From the sequence record NC_061443.1: 64,000 bases of DNA, one strand, 5' to 3'. The notes under the pieces are model-generated. The model ran no database searches. It was not told the DNA's origin and saw only the letters and a list, made by a program, of their open reading frames with translations. Of this stretch, positions 1 through 9,421 are shown in pieces. Position numbers and translations under genes: made by a program. Position 1 is the stretch's first letter, and every line of letters starts with the position of its first letter.

Positions 1-3
1 GCG

Positions 4-1722
4 TTGCAAGCGCGTATGTTCTCTGACGGCATCAAACGTTTCCGTGGCGGTATGCGTCGTAAGATGATGACCATCGTGGGCGTTAACCAGTTGCGCCAGA
101 AGCCTGCTGTAATGTTCGGCAGCCCTGAGTATGAACCTGGAGGCGATGCGTTGAAGTTCTACTGCTTCGACCGGGACACTCTGATTCGTACCGACCACGG
201 CGTGTTGACTGCGCCTCAGATCAAAGAGCTGCTAGACGCTGGCACCGAAGTCTCTGTTGAATCGTTCGACGGTTATCAGAAGATCAACGGCGCATGGCTT
301 GTCGATGACGCACCGTTCCCGTTCGAGTTGAACGCTGGTGGTCATGTGTATGTTGGCTCGGCAGAACATCGCCAGTTCACTCTCATGCACGACCTGACTG
401 CCGAAGGTACTCCTGTGCTGCGTCCTGAGTGGAACACGCTCAATCAACTGGCGCAGCATCCAGAATCGCAAGGTCAGTACGCTGCTTTACGTGTACCACC
501 TGTTAAGGAACTGAAAGAGAAAGTTCCTGATGCCTTTGATGAAGCTAACGGCTTTATCTGCGCGTTGATTGAAACGTATAAGCCTGTCAGTCGTCAACTA
601 CCTCTGGTAACTCACGGCGATACAACGTTTGCTGCGAATTGCCTGTACATCGACATGAGCACCAGTGAGGACGATTCGTCATTCTGGGTTCAACGTCTGC
701 TGGACATTGGCATCTTTGCGTATTCAGACGAAACGGGCATCTGGTTGCCAGGTCTGTATGAGCACGAACTGACTGCGGCGCTTGCTGCCGACGAACTCGG
801 TGCGTTTGCTGGTATCAGCTTTGAAGCGACCTGTCGTCAACGTCAGACTCAAATGCTGACCGTGATTGTCGATCACTTCCCTGAGCTGGTGCGTTACGTT
901 CTGGACTATCAGTTGCAGACAGGCGAAGACAAAATCTATCTGGCGCCTGAGAACGACTTCGCTCAAGCGCTTGATCTGATTCTGCACAAAGAGATCGCTG
1001 GCTACGATGACATGTACGACCTGCTGATGTTCCAGCTGGCGTATGTTGATGACTGGTATAACTTCGACTCTGCAATTCTGCCTGTGCCGTTTACGCTTCG
1101 TGCGCTTGACGAACAACGCGAGTTCTGGGATGTGAACGTTGAAGAAACTGCGGTAGTTATTACCAACGGCTTCGTGTCTCATAACAGTGACGTGCGTGTG
1201 CGTCTGGCTTCTCGTGCTGTGCCTGAAGGTTGGCCGAAGCTGAAAGATGCTCCAGGCATCGTTGGTGAGAAGTCTGTTACCGTAGAAGGTGGTACTGACC
1301 GATACCGCTTCATCGCTGCTAAGACCATCAAGAACAAGATGGGCGGCATCCCGAACCAGCAGACGTGGTTACGTTTGTGGGAAGCTGATGGTAACGGCGA
1401 AGCGCGTGGCTTTGACCCAGTGTTTGACACATGGCACTATCTGAAAACTCTCGGCCTCGTTAACGGTAGCCGTAAGTCGTTCAAACTGAAAGCGCCATGC
1501 CCTCTCGCATCCGATGTTAAGATGGACTGGGATGACTTCCGTACTCTTATCAACGGCAGCAAAGAGCAAGTTGTCGGCGTGTGTAAGAAACTGAAAGTCA
1601 AACCATCTGGCCTTCGCCTGTGGTGCTTCAAGTTCGTTCAGTCCACTAAGGGCAACGAAATGTTGAAGAACGCAATCAGTAAGTCCGCCAAAAGCTCTGA
1701 TGATGACGGCGACGACGATTAA
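4..1722 (+). CDS. recA: RecA/UvsX-family recombinase, C-terminal part (5'-truncated by window edge), interrupted by an intein
   Basis: Extein motifs IVGVNQLRQKPAVMFGSPEYEPGGDALKFY|SDVRVRL and KTIKNKMGGIP match RecA (E. coli [40 protein letters not shown]). Confidence 0.92.
   Translation: MQARMFSDGIKRFRGGMRRKMMTIVGVNQLRQKPAVMFGSPEYEPGGDALKFYCFDRDTLIRTDHGVLTAPQIKELLDAGTEVSVESFDGYQKINGAWLVDDAPFPFELNAGGHVYVGSAEHRQFTLMHDLTAEGTPVLRPEWNTLNQLAQHPESQGQYAALRVPPVKELKEKVPDAFDEANGFICALIETYKPVSRQLPLVTHGDTTFAANCLYIDMSTSEDDSSFWVQRLLDIGIFAYSDETGIWLPGLYEHELTAALAADELGAFAGISFEATCRQRQTQMLTVIVDHFPELVRYVLDYQLQTGEDKIYLAPENDFAQALDLILHKEIAGYDDMYDLLMFQLAYVDDWYNFDSAILPVPFTLRALDEQREFWDVNVEETAVVITNGFVSHNSDVRVRLASRAVPEGWPKLKDAPGIVGEKSVTVEGGTDRYRFIAAKTIKNKMGGIPNQQTWLRLWEADGNGEARGFDPVFDTWHYLKTLGLVNGSRKSFKLKAPCPLASDVKMDWDDFRTLINGSKEQVVGVCKKLKVKPSGLRLWCFKFVQSTKGNEMLKNAISKSAKSSDDDGDDD
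163..1185 (+). mobile_element. Intein (341 aa) in RecA, with degenerate central endonuclease-like domain
   Basis: Starts CFDRDTLIRTDHG (block A Cys1), has SAEHRQFT (block B-like), ends WDVNVEETAVVITNGFVSHN followed by Ser+1; removal restores contiguous RecA ALKFY-SDVRV. Confidence 0.93.
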
Positions 1723-1765
1723 TCCCTGAGCGGGCTTCGGCCTGCTCCCCACTCTGGAGTAAGAA

Positions 1766-2194
1766 ATGCGTACTCAAATCTACACCGCTGATATCGTTAA
1801 TCTGGAGACCGTCGTCGTTGATGACGAAGGCCAAGAGACACGTAGCCCTACCATCGTTCCTAATCTCGAAGGCGAACGCGATCTGACTGTCAGCACGCTC
1901 GGTACTATCATGGCTACGGTGCAAGCGGAACCAAACGCTGATGCTCGCATGATCGTTCTGGTGTCTCGCGCTCTGGTCCCTGCATTCGCAGATCCTGAAG
2001 GTGACCTGTTCGATATCTTCGACCCAATCGAACGTGTTGCTGATGTTGTTGCTGGGAATGTTGGTAGCATTCTCGGTATGCAGGTAGTAATCAACGATAA
2101 GTCTGACGACAACGTTCTGGCTATCGCTGATGTTCTCGACAACGAAGCTGGTGTTACCATTCGTACCTACGGCGCTGCTGTTATTAGTGCGTAA
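1766..2194 (+). CDS. hypothetical protein, acidic
   Basis: 142-aa ORF with GGAG RBS; phage-like codon usage; no recognised motif. Confidence 0.8.
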   Translation: MRTQIYTADIVNLETVVVDDEGQETRSPTIVPNLEGERDLTVSTLGTIMATVQAEPNADARMIVLVSRALVPAFADPEGDLFDIFDPIERVADVVAGNVGSILGMQVVINDKSDDNVLAIADVLDNEAGVTIRTYGAAVISA

Positions 2195-2237
2195 GTAAAT
2201 CGTGTGCGAGAGAATGCCCTTTCGCACACACTCTTAT

Positions 2238-2290
2238 CTCGATAGGCAATGCGCCACGAGAAAACAAACCACTCGATAGGCAATGCGCCA
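2238..2290 (+). repeat. 19-bp direct repeat CTCGATAGGCAATGCGCCA x2 (2238-2256, 2272-2290), preceded by GTGTGCGA/TCGCACAC hairpin (2202-2229)
   Basis: Read directly from sequence. Confidence 0.9.
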
Positions 2291-2300
2291 GGAGTAATGT

Positions 2301-3008
2301 ATGAAAAAGATTCAACACGTAGTTCTTCCGACTGATGCTCTTAACGGCCTTATTCACGGCTTCCATCATCACAGCAGGACAACCGAGGAGTTCTGCAAAT
2401 CCCTGTTCTACATTGATGTGACTAATCGAAGCGCACATGACGCTCTCTATTCCATCCTCAAACGAGACAAGACCTTAGGAATTATCCCTATGGGTTACGA
2501 CAACGAGAAAGATGCGCGAGGGCATACCTCCCCTGCATCGCTGGCTATCGTGCTGTCTAACAATTTACTGCATCTGGATGACACGAAAATGTCCAGAGGC
2601 ATTCTCAATATCTTCGGAGCACTGGCCCGAACCACGCACACTAACGATACTCAAATAACAGTGTACGGCGAACCAGGCGTAGATAAAATTCTCAATATCG
2701 TGCGTCGTGTTGACTACCGAGATTATACTGAGGGCTCCGGTGTTAGTGCTGACGTAGTGATTGGAGATTTTGAACTACAATCGAATATCACAATAGACAA
2801 TTTCGTATCAATGGCGATTGACCCTAAGTTCGAAGACGATGTACGGAACTCGCCTGCCACGGAATACAAACTCGGCAGCAACTTCATGTTCATGCACCCT
2901 GATGAACTTGCTAAGGCTGTTCGCCTGATACGACGTTGCAGCAAGACCTGCATAATGCACCCTGACCTGCATCGCTATTACTTTGAGAATGTAATCTGTA
3001 AATACTGA
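2301..3008 (+). CDS. hypothetical protein
   Basis: 235-aa ORF, AGGAG RBS. Confidence 0.8.
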   Translation: MKKIQHVVLPTDALNGLIHGFHHHSRTTEEFCKSLFYIDVTNRSAHDALYSILKRDKTLGIIPMGYDNEKDARGHTSPASLAIVLSNNLLHLDDTKMSRGILNIFGALARTTHTNDTQITVYGEPGVDKILNIVRRVDYRDYTEGSGVSADVVIGDFELQSNITIDNFVSMAIDPKFEDDVRNSPATEYKLGSNFMFMHPDELAKAVRLIRRCSKTCIMHPDLHRYYFENVICKY

Positions 3009-3055
3009 TCACCAACCGAACACATTGCTGTGTGTAGTCTAGCCCGACTTGGGCA

Positions 3056-3086
3056 GGGGAGAGCCGGATGGCCTCCCCATTTTTTT
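3056..3086 (+). terminator. Rho-independent terminator-like hairpin
   Basis: GGGGA-GAGCC..GGCC-TCCCC stem followed by T run. Confidence 0.65.
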
Positions 3087-3110
3087 GTCTACAGGCAGCA
3101 GGAGAACACC

Positions 3111-4100
3111 ATGTCCAAATCGACTCCTCAAATCTTCCTTGACCTGTTTCTCAAGGACGTCAGAATCTTTCTGCCTAAGTTCGACAAGGGACTTGAGGCG
3201 TATTTTCAGAAATGCAAAGGCAAGCCAGGTATGTCTGGTGTGTCACTTCATCAATATATGAAGTGGCTCAACCCGCGCGCAAAATGCCCTGCTAGCCCGA
3301 GTGAGATCTCTATCATAACGTCAGGTTATCTGCATTACTTCTGGCAATTCTCAAAGCCGAACTTTGTCTTTGACCCTACGATTGTAAATCACTTGGTCGA
3401 CTCAGTATTGCCTGACGAATTACCTGCCGAAGTGCTGCATCGACTGCCTTACTGGAGTCAGTGGATAACGATGCCTGTCAGATTGCAGAGCAAAGACAAG
3501 ACTACGCAACTGGACTTCGATGGTGCGTTCGTGGGTTACACGAATATCAACGGTAGACCTGCGCTTTCACTCGCAGCACCGTTTGTCTCAGATGACCTGA
3601 GCATACGCTCGAACGACTTCACACCGTTCGTCACATCATACGTGTATCTGGACCAACCTGTTAAGCCTGAGTTGCTGGTCACGAACTGCCACTTGCTTAA
3701 TGTTGCAGACACGGTAAGCCGCGATCAATTCGCCTCACTGATAATCAACGTTCATCACTACCTGACGAAGATTGTTTGCTGTGTGCTGTACATCTGCTCC
3801 GAACAGCAGGCGCTGCATACAGAAGGTCACTCGCAGCCTAGACCTCAACGCTTAGGCAAAAGCTATCGCATCACTCCGCCGAAGGATGATCGTGTGATCA
3901 CGCTAGGCACGGAGATGGCGCAATTGCTTAAAGACTTCGAAGCGGAAGTCGAAACGTGTACTCGCGCTTTCAATGGACGCAGACCGCATCTGAGGAGAGC
4001 GCACTACCATCACTTCTGGACAGGACCTAAAGTAGGCGAACAGGTTCTGATCTGCAAGTGGTTGCCACCGAGAGTTGTTAGAGGAACCATCCCGCAATAA
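3111..4100 (+). CDS. hypothetical protein with C-terminal RPHLRRAHYHHFW..KW motif
   Basis: AGGAG RBS before ATG 3111; His/Arg/Trp motif resembles one I recall from uncharacterised phage proteins. Confidence 0.8.
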   Translation: MSKSTPQIFLDLFLKDVRIFLPKFDKGLEAYFQKCKGKPGMSGVSLHQYMKWLNPRAKCPASPSEISIITSGYLHYFWQFSKPNFVFDPTIVNHLVDSVLPDELPAEVLHRLPYWSQWITMPVRLQSKDKTTQLDFDGAFVGYTNINGRPALSLAAPFVSDDLSIRSNDFTPFVTSYVYLDQPVKPELLVTNCHLLNVADTVSRDQFASLIINVHHYLTKIVCCVLYICSEQQALHTEGHSQPRPQRLGKSYRITPPKDDRVITLGTEMAQLLKDFEAEVETCTRAFNGRRPHLRRAHYHHFWTGPKVGEQVLICKWLPPRVVRGTIPQ

Positions 4101-4146
4101 CTCGTTATCAATACTCCACGTATGGGCGTTAGGCCCGGAGGCTATT

Positions 4147-4914
4147 ATGAAATCTCGTGTACAAACTCTATGGATTCCTGATATGGAATCGTATGAACCT
4201 TACGTTCGGTCTCTGTGTCATATGGCGCGAGCACTGGAAAACACTGGCCGGAACTACGGCACGATGAAACGTGTTGTGGTCATTGGTATGTCAAAGCGTA
4301 GTGTCGAATCCTACGTCAAGCAGTTGCTCAACTCAAGCACACTGCCAAACACTCTCGTATGCTACGGCATCGACGAATCGCCTGTGAGCCACAAGGAGTT
4401 CACGTTCTCAGGTGCACACATCGTACTGATGCACGATCTGCGTTACGCCTGTCACGAGTCACTAGGTCGTGTGGCAGGTCGTGTTGTTGATATCATCGAC
4501 AGCCTGAAACAGAAAGACGGCGATAAGGAACTCAAGAACACCTGCCTGTCCGTCGTCTACCAAATACCCTCACTGTGGTCAAACATTTTAGAGTATGGCG
4601 CAAACAGTTTCATTAACATGGGAAGCAAACACGTAGAGTACCGCAGCGGCTTGGTGTCGTCTGTCAGTCTTGATGCGTTGATGAAGTGTTATGAAAACAA
4701 AGACTACCATGAACTTCATGCTGAGGTGATCACGATAGGTAAGGAGTTCCTGTGCGTCCAGCCTGACGAACTGCTTAATAAGGTAGGCAACTTACTGTGG
4801 TCACTCGCATCTACTGGTAGTAAGTTTGAGAAGACACACAAAATTGTCTTCCACGAAGACTTCCGACGCTTGTTCTTCGAAGAATACATCCTCAGAGACT
4901 TCCGGGGTTTTTAA
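4147..4914 (+). CDS. hypothetical protein
   Basis: Long ORF, GGAG RBS before ATG 4147. Confidence 0.75.
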   Translation: MKSRVQTLWIPDMESYEPYVRSLCHMARALENTGRNYGTMKRVVVIGMSKRSVESYVKQLLNSSTLPNTLVCYGIDESPVSHKEFTFSGAHIVLMHDLRYACHESLGRVAGRVVDIIDSLKQKDGDKELKNTCLSVVYQIPSLWSNILEYGANSFINMGSKHVEYRSGLVSSVSLDALMKCYENKDYHELHAEVITIGKEFLCVQPDELLNKVGNLLWSLASTGSKFEKTHKIVFHEDFRRLFFEEYILRDFRGF

Positions 4915-4989
4915 GATTAATCTTAGTCCAGTTCTCTAATTTCAATATGTTGGCAAGTAGTGCTGACTTATCGTTATTGGAGAAATAAC

Positions 4990-5250
4990 ATGTGCGGACG
5001 TAGCCTAGTCAGGTTGAAGTACCTCGCACGGTCATCGAACTGGTGCAATAATAAAGTAAACGCTTGTAGTGAGCGGAAGGCGAAGAATGTACAATGCGAA
5101 CAATTTTTGGAAGCAACCAAGAATTGCCGCAGTGAACAGAAGTCGTCCAGTGTAGTTTCTTTCTTCAAAGGTCATGAGCTGGTTGGTCAAGCTATATGGC
5201 ATGAGATAGAAGGCGACAACACACTTCAATTCCGGTTGCTACTTGCCTAA
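4990..5250 (+). CDS. hypothetical protein
   Basis: GGAG RBS before ATG 4990; ends before terminator. Confidence 0.55.
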   Translation: MCGRSLVRLKYLARSSNWCNNKVNACSERKAKNVQCEQFLEATKNCRSEQKSSSVVSFFKGHELVGQAIWHEIEGDNTLQFRLLLA

Positions 5251-5255
5251 CGACA

Positions 5256-5297
5256 GAGGGCCTTTCAGAGTAAAATCTGGTGGGCCCTTTCTTCTTT
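5256..5297 (+). terminator. Rho-independent terminator
   Basis: AGGGCC...GGGCCCT stem then TTTCTTCTTT. Confidence 0.65.
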
Positions 5298-5349
5298 ATA
5301 TGCTAATTTTCCCTGTCATTAACACACAATCCGACTTCGGGGTAACACT

Positions 5350-7347
5350 ATGTCTTTGATTAAAATCGAAGGCGTCCAATCATTGTCTGCGCCAACCAAA
5401 GCCCAGAAAGACGCCGCTGTTTATATGTTTGGTTCTAAGGGCCATTCAATCGTTGCTGTGCTCGACAAATTCAGTCGCGCCAAAGAAGTGCGCACCGCAC
5501 ACATCGACGGTCTGCTCAAGCTGATGAAGGAAGGCGAAGATGATGATATCGTCAAGTTCGTCGCATCTGCTGCGGGCAAGAAGTCCATCGCTGCCGCGAA
5601 ACAGTTTGCCATTGCCAAGACCTTGGCTGCGTCTATCAAAGCGCTGAAACTGGTACGTGTGCCAATGAAGTGGATTGAAGGTCACTCTGATGCTGCCGCT
5701 GCTCGCATCACCGAGACGAAAGAAATCCGCGCACGTAAGACTGCGGGCAACAAGCCAGAGAAGCCTATCAAGCTCGATAACCCACACGCTCCAGAAGCAG
5801 TCACTATCGATCAGACCAAAACCAACTCTGCTCTGAGCAAAGTCTACAAGCTGCCTAAGACCGCAGCGGGTTATGGTTCAGCGCTCACACCCCAGTGGAA
5901 AGCAATTATCGCTGCCGCTAATACTGCGTTAGGTGGTATGTTTGTTCTCAAGTGGGCCAAATCAGAAGGTGGCGCGCAGATCATTCCTACAGGTAAAGGC
6001 TATCGCTCAATTCCTAATGCGTACCTGACCGCGGCCATTGATGAAAACAGTTGGTTCATGTATGCCGTTGCGCCTACTGATAAGAAAGGCGCAGGTATCG
6101 AAGGTAAGATGATCGGTAACCAACTGACCATGGCTTCTATCGCTGCCTTCATGCGTGATGTTATGGCACAGCAAAACTCGCCAGTAACTGCTGCAATTAA
6201 TAAAATGATTGCTGGTGCTACTGTCTTCGATAAAGAAATCGTTCACACAGAAGCAAATGACCCTACACTGAAAGCAATTGGTGACGCCAAACGTGCTCAG
6301 GATGCAGAGGGTACTGCGAAAGGCGCTATCAACTCTGTTACTAAAATCACCTCTGCAAACGTGTCTAAGATTACTCGTGGCGCACAGATCAAGATCGAGC
6401 AACAGCTTGATAGCAAATTGAGTGGCGTGTTGAATAACGCGCAGTTCCGTGAGAAAGGTACCTACGCAGCACTTGACGGCTACCTGTTCGAGATGAATGC
6501 GCCTACGTCGTACAAAGATATGCCAAATATCGCCAGCTACGCAATCATTCCTCCTCAGACCCGAACAGGTCTGTCAGGTAAGAACTGGCGTGTGAGTGCG
6601 TTGGCTATCGGTCGTGCCTCAGCCACTGCTATCATTGATATCGGTCCTACGTTCTCTTTGGCTAAAGTCAAGTCTGCTGTACGTCAACTTGCCTCAGCCT
6701 CTCCTGTAGGCGGCTCGACTGGTACTTCTTCTCCCAAAGGCGTCAAAGAACAGCGCTTCCTGAACAACCTCCTGTTCAATCTGAACGCGAATGGTAAAGA
6801 CATTCAGATCGACGGCGACAATGCCTCTATTGGTCTGTTTGAGAAGAACTACATTGACACTGCACCTGCTGCGCTCAATGTCAGCTTCTTGCCTCAGGAC
6901 GGCTACGCGTTTGTTCGTGCACCTAATGCCACAAATGCCGCCAAATGGATTGCGTGGGCTAACAAGAAATCAAGCCGCACCCTTCTGCCTGAGCAAGCTG
7001 CTTCAATCCCACATTCACCAACAGGCAAATCTCCAATCGCCTTAGTTGATGAACTGGCCGAAGTCCCTGCACGTAAAATCTCTGCGAAGCCTCTGCAGGC
7101 GCGTGAAGAATATTTCAACGCACTGCGTACGGTAATCCAGAACAACCTGCCTAAGCGTGAAGTGTCTGCGACCTCTACTGGTGTTGTAATCGGTGGTGGT
7201 AGCAAGCTGCACACCTTACGTCTGGACAACAACGCATGGACGTTACAGACAGGCGTTACTGGCAAAGCTAAACGTATCGGTACCACGTTCGATATCGTTG
7301 ACTTGCTGGGGATGTTGGACAAAGGCATTCTGCGTCCTAAAGCATAA
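5350..7347 (+). CDS. large Lys/Ala-rich basic protein, possibly virion-internal or DNA-binding
   Basis: 665-aa ORF, high-expression codon usage, bracketed by terminators; no recognised catalytic motif. Confidence 0.8.
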   Translation: MSLIKIEGVQSLSAPTKAQKDAAVYMFGSKGHSIVAVLDKFSRAKEVRTAHIDGLLKLMKEGEDDDIVKFVASAAGKKSIAAAKQFAIAKTLAASIKALKLVRVPMKWIEGHSDAAAARITETKEIRARKTAGNKPEKPIKLDNPHAPEAVTIDQTKTNSALSKVYKLPKTAAGYGSALTPQWKAIIAAANTALGGMFVLKWAKSEGGAQIIPTGKGYRSIPNAYLTAAIDENSWFMYAVAPTDKKGAGIEGKMIGNQLTMASIAAFMRDVMAQQNSPVTAAINKMIAGATVFDKEIVHTEANDPTLKAIGDAKRAQDAEGTAKGAINSVTKITSANVSKITRGAQIKIEQQLDSKLSGVLNNAQFREKGTYAALDGYLFEMNAPTSYKDMPNIASYAIIPPQTRTGLSGKNWRVSALAIGRASATAIIDIGPTFSLAKVKSAVRQLASASPVGGSTGTSSPKGVKEQRFLNNLLFNLNANGKDIQIDGDNASIGLFEKNYIDTAPAALNVSFLPQDGYAFVRAPNATNAAKWIAWANKKSSRTLLPEQAASIPHSPTGKSPIALVDELAEVPARKISAKPLQAREEYFNALRTVIQNNLPKREVSATSTGVVIGGGSKLHTLRLDNNAWTLQTGVTGKAKRIGTTFDIVDLLGMLDKGILRPKA

Positions 7348-7358
7348 TAGCAGTAATC

Positions 7359-7387
7359 AAAAGGGGTGGCTTCGGCTGCCCCTTTTT
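7359..7387 (+). terminator. Rho-independent terminator (UUCG loop)
   Basis: AAAAGGGGTGGC-TTCG-GCTGCCCCTTTTT. Confidence 0.9.
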
Positions 7388-7414
7388 GCGTCTACATGCG
7401 CCAGAAAGCTGATG

Positions 7415-7473
7415 AACTCTGCATATAATAGGACAAAATAGCTCTATGCTCGTAGCAGTCAAAATGATACTAT
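7415..7473 (+). promoter_or_regulatory. Class-1 phage promoter: upstream AACTCTGCA..GGACAAAAT element plus extended -10 TGaTACTAT
   Basis: One of 13 copies with 35-37 nt from the element's second G to the -10 box. Confidence 0.8.
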
Positions 7474-7524
7474 ATAGTCTCTGGCGCAATAACGCGCTCT
7501 ACAACAACTGCCAAGGGGCACACT

Positions 7525-7896
7525 ATGACTAACTCATTCAATTCTGTTTGCGAAATCTTTGAAGCTATGAACGAATGCGCGAGCGATTCAGCATTCACCA
7601 AACAGTGTGGCTTCCCGTACCCTAAAGTAGAAATTTTGCAGTGTGGCCTGCAGGAAGATTTAGGTGTGTACGCGTCGATGGCCGACGGCGTGAACTTCTT
7701 AATCGCAGATTCAGATGACCTGTTCTCTGAGCACCTTAAAGGTGACGGTGAGATCACTGTCTGCCGTATCGAAACACCTAACGGTGAGATGTTCGACGAA
7801 CCTGAAGCTATCGTTACGCAGTTGGGGACATTTAACGACTTTGCAGAAGCATACGCAGCATTCACCGCTGCCGTAAACGCTGAACTCAACAAATAA
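7525..7896 (+). CDS. hypothetical early protein, acidic
   Basis: Own promoter and hairpin RBS. Confidence 0.8.
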   Translation: MTNSFNSVCEIFEAMNECASDSAFTKQCGFPYPKVEILQCGLQEDLGVYASMADGVNFLIADSDDLFSEHLKGDGEITVCRIETPNGEMFDEPEAIVTQLGTFNDFAEAYAAFTAAVNAELNK

Positions 7897-7941
7897 TAGG
7901 TCAAAGGCGCTATAGAAATATAGCGCTGTTTATCGTACTAT
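7891..7941 (+). promoter_or_regulatory. Class-1 phage promoter
   Basis: AAATAATAGGTCAAAG..TACTAT, spacing 36; palindrome over -35 region. Confidence 0.7.
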
Positions 7942-7992
7942 AAAGATGTTGCGCAATGATGCGCACATACAACTTCTGCCAAGGGGCATACA

Positions 7993-8367
7993 ATGAAAGC
8001 AGCAAACTTTGATAAAGCATTTAACGCGAAAGATGAAGCAACCCTGAACGCATACGCAGCGCAGATTCTCGAAGCGCTCAACGCTCTGGGACGTAGCGAC
8101 CTGAAGATTGAAATCATCTTCGGCACTGACCCGTTCAGCGAGTACCCTGACTTCGTTAACGACCCCAACGGTTTTCGTATCAGCCAGAACGGCGAAGAAA
8201 TTTTCGATATCTACACCCCGACAGAAAAACAAGTTGAAGGCGATGCGTCTGACGCTTTCATCTACGCTTCATGGGCCGAGGTCGAAGCTCCGTGGGGCAA
8301 GATCGTTTCTGATAATGACGTTGCTGAAATCGCAGCGCACCTGAACGAATCTATCCCAGCTCTGTAA
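7993..8367 (+). CDS. hypothetical early protein, acidic
   Basis: Own promoter and hairpin RBS. Confidence 0.8.
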   Translation: MKAANFDKAFNAKDEATLNAYAAQILEALNALGRSDLKIEIIFGTDPFSEYPDFVNDPNGFRISQNGEEIFDIYTPTEKQVEGDASDAFIYASWAEVEAPWGKIVSDNDVAEIAAHLNESIPAL

Positions 8368-8427
8368 CGAACAACTGACTGCGGGGTTACGGCCCCGCTT
8401 ATTACAACAACTGCCGAGGGGCACAGA

Positions 8428-8480
8428 GTAAATAACTGGCAGAAAGCGCCGTAGCAATGCGGCGCATATCAACGTATTAT
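8428..8480 (+). promoter_or_regulatory. Class-1 phage promoter
   Basis: AAATAACTGGCAGAAAG..TATTAT, spacing 36; palindrome over -35 region. Confidence 0.65.
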
Positions 8481-8528
8481 GTAATCTCTAGCGCAATGAC
8501 GCGCTCAACACTGAAAGAGGCAACAACA

Positions 8529-8774
8529 ATGTCAGAGAAACAAATCACTATCGACGTAATCGCAGACGTAGCATCGCCAACAGAAGTTGTGTTTGAAGAC
8601 GGCGAGACTTCTACTCAATGGCTCGCGCCGTTCGATCTGCGCCTGACTGTATCGCAGAACTGCGGCCCTGCCGGCGTACCTGAAGTGAACATCATCGGCG
8701 ATGAAGATAACTTGCGCCGCTTCTTGGCAGCGAACGATCAATTCGAAGACTCTGAGATCGTAGACGTTATCTAA
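8529..8774 (+). CDS. hypothetical early protein, acidic
   Basis: GAGG RBS before ATG 8529; followed by UUCG hairpin and T tract (8783-8808). Confidence 0.75.
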   Translation: MSEKQITIDVIADVASPTEVVFEDGETSTQWLAPFDLRLTVSQNCGPAGVPEVNIIGDEDNLRRFLAANDQFEDSEIVDVI

Positions 8775-8830
8775 CAAACAAAGAGCGGCGCTTCGGCGCT
8801 GCTTTTCTATTTCTGACTGAGAAAGCCGCT

Positions 8831-9358
8831 ATGAAAAATCAATATCTCATTCTGCGTATGCCTGCAACAAACTTCTACGACAAACAGTTTTTGATGCGAG
8901 GCTTCAACGCCGCGCGCATTGAGCAGGTCATTGGCGTTATCGTCATCATCGGCGACGAGCATTCACACTCGCTGAAAAACAGCATGTACCGCCTCGCAAA
9001 AATTCACGTCGAACAGCTTACATCTGACACGCAACAAAACTTAGTCAAGCTGCGCTGGTCGAGCGTAGACAGTAAACTCATTGAAGAAGGCATGACACGT
9101 ATACCTACTGAGCTGACCGACGCCATACGTGCGATGCGTAACAATCGACTGTACTACGAAGTCGATACGACGATCCCGCAGGCGTTTCGTGAATGCCACA
9201 CTGAATTTGATATGCCGACTGGCTCGCAGATGCGGGAGCGCATAAATAAACGCTTGCGTGACTCGCAGAAGAAAGACGTTCTTGATAAATTCACTGTAGA
9301 AGAATTGTTGCAGCACTTAAAGAAACGTACTGGCGCAGAGATTACAATCAAGCTGTAA
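8831..9358 (+). CDS. hypothetical protein
   Basis: 175-aa ORF in + strand gene run. Confidence 0.75.
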   Translation: MKNQYLILRMPATNFYDKQFLMRGFNAARIEQVIGVIVIIGDEHSHSLKNSMYRLAKIHVEQLTSDTQQNLVKLRWSSVDSKLIEEGMTRIPTELTDAIRAMRNNRLYYEVDTTIPQAFRECHTEFDMPTGSQMRERINKRLRDSQKKDVLDKFTVEELLQHLKKRTGAEITIKL

Positions 9359-9421
9359 TAACGAATCAACGTGTGGCGTTACGGCGCCACATCGACACAA
9401 CTTAATAGAGAGAATCAAATC

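Noticed and set aside
163-1185. Active LAGLIDADG homing endonuclease in the intein
   Set aside because: Catalytic acidic motifs not recognisable and the region lacks basic DNA-binding character
2238-2290. Possible mini CRISPR array
   Set aside because: Only two 19-bp repeats with a 15-bp spacer; too short, no cas genes
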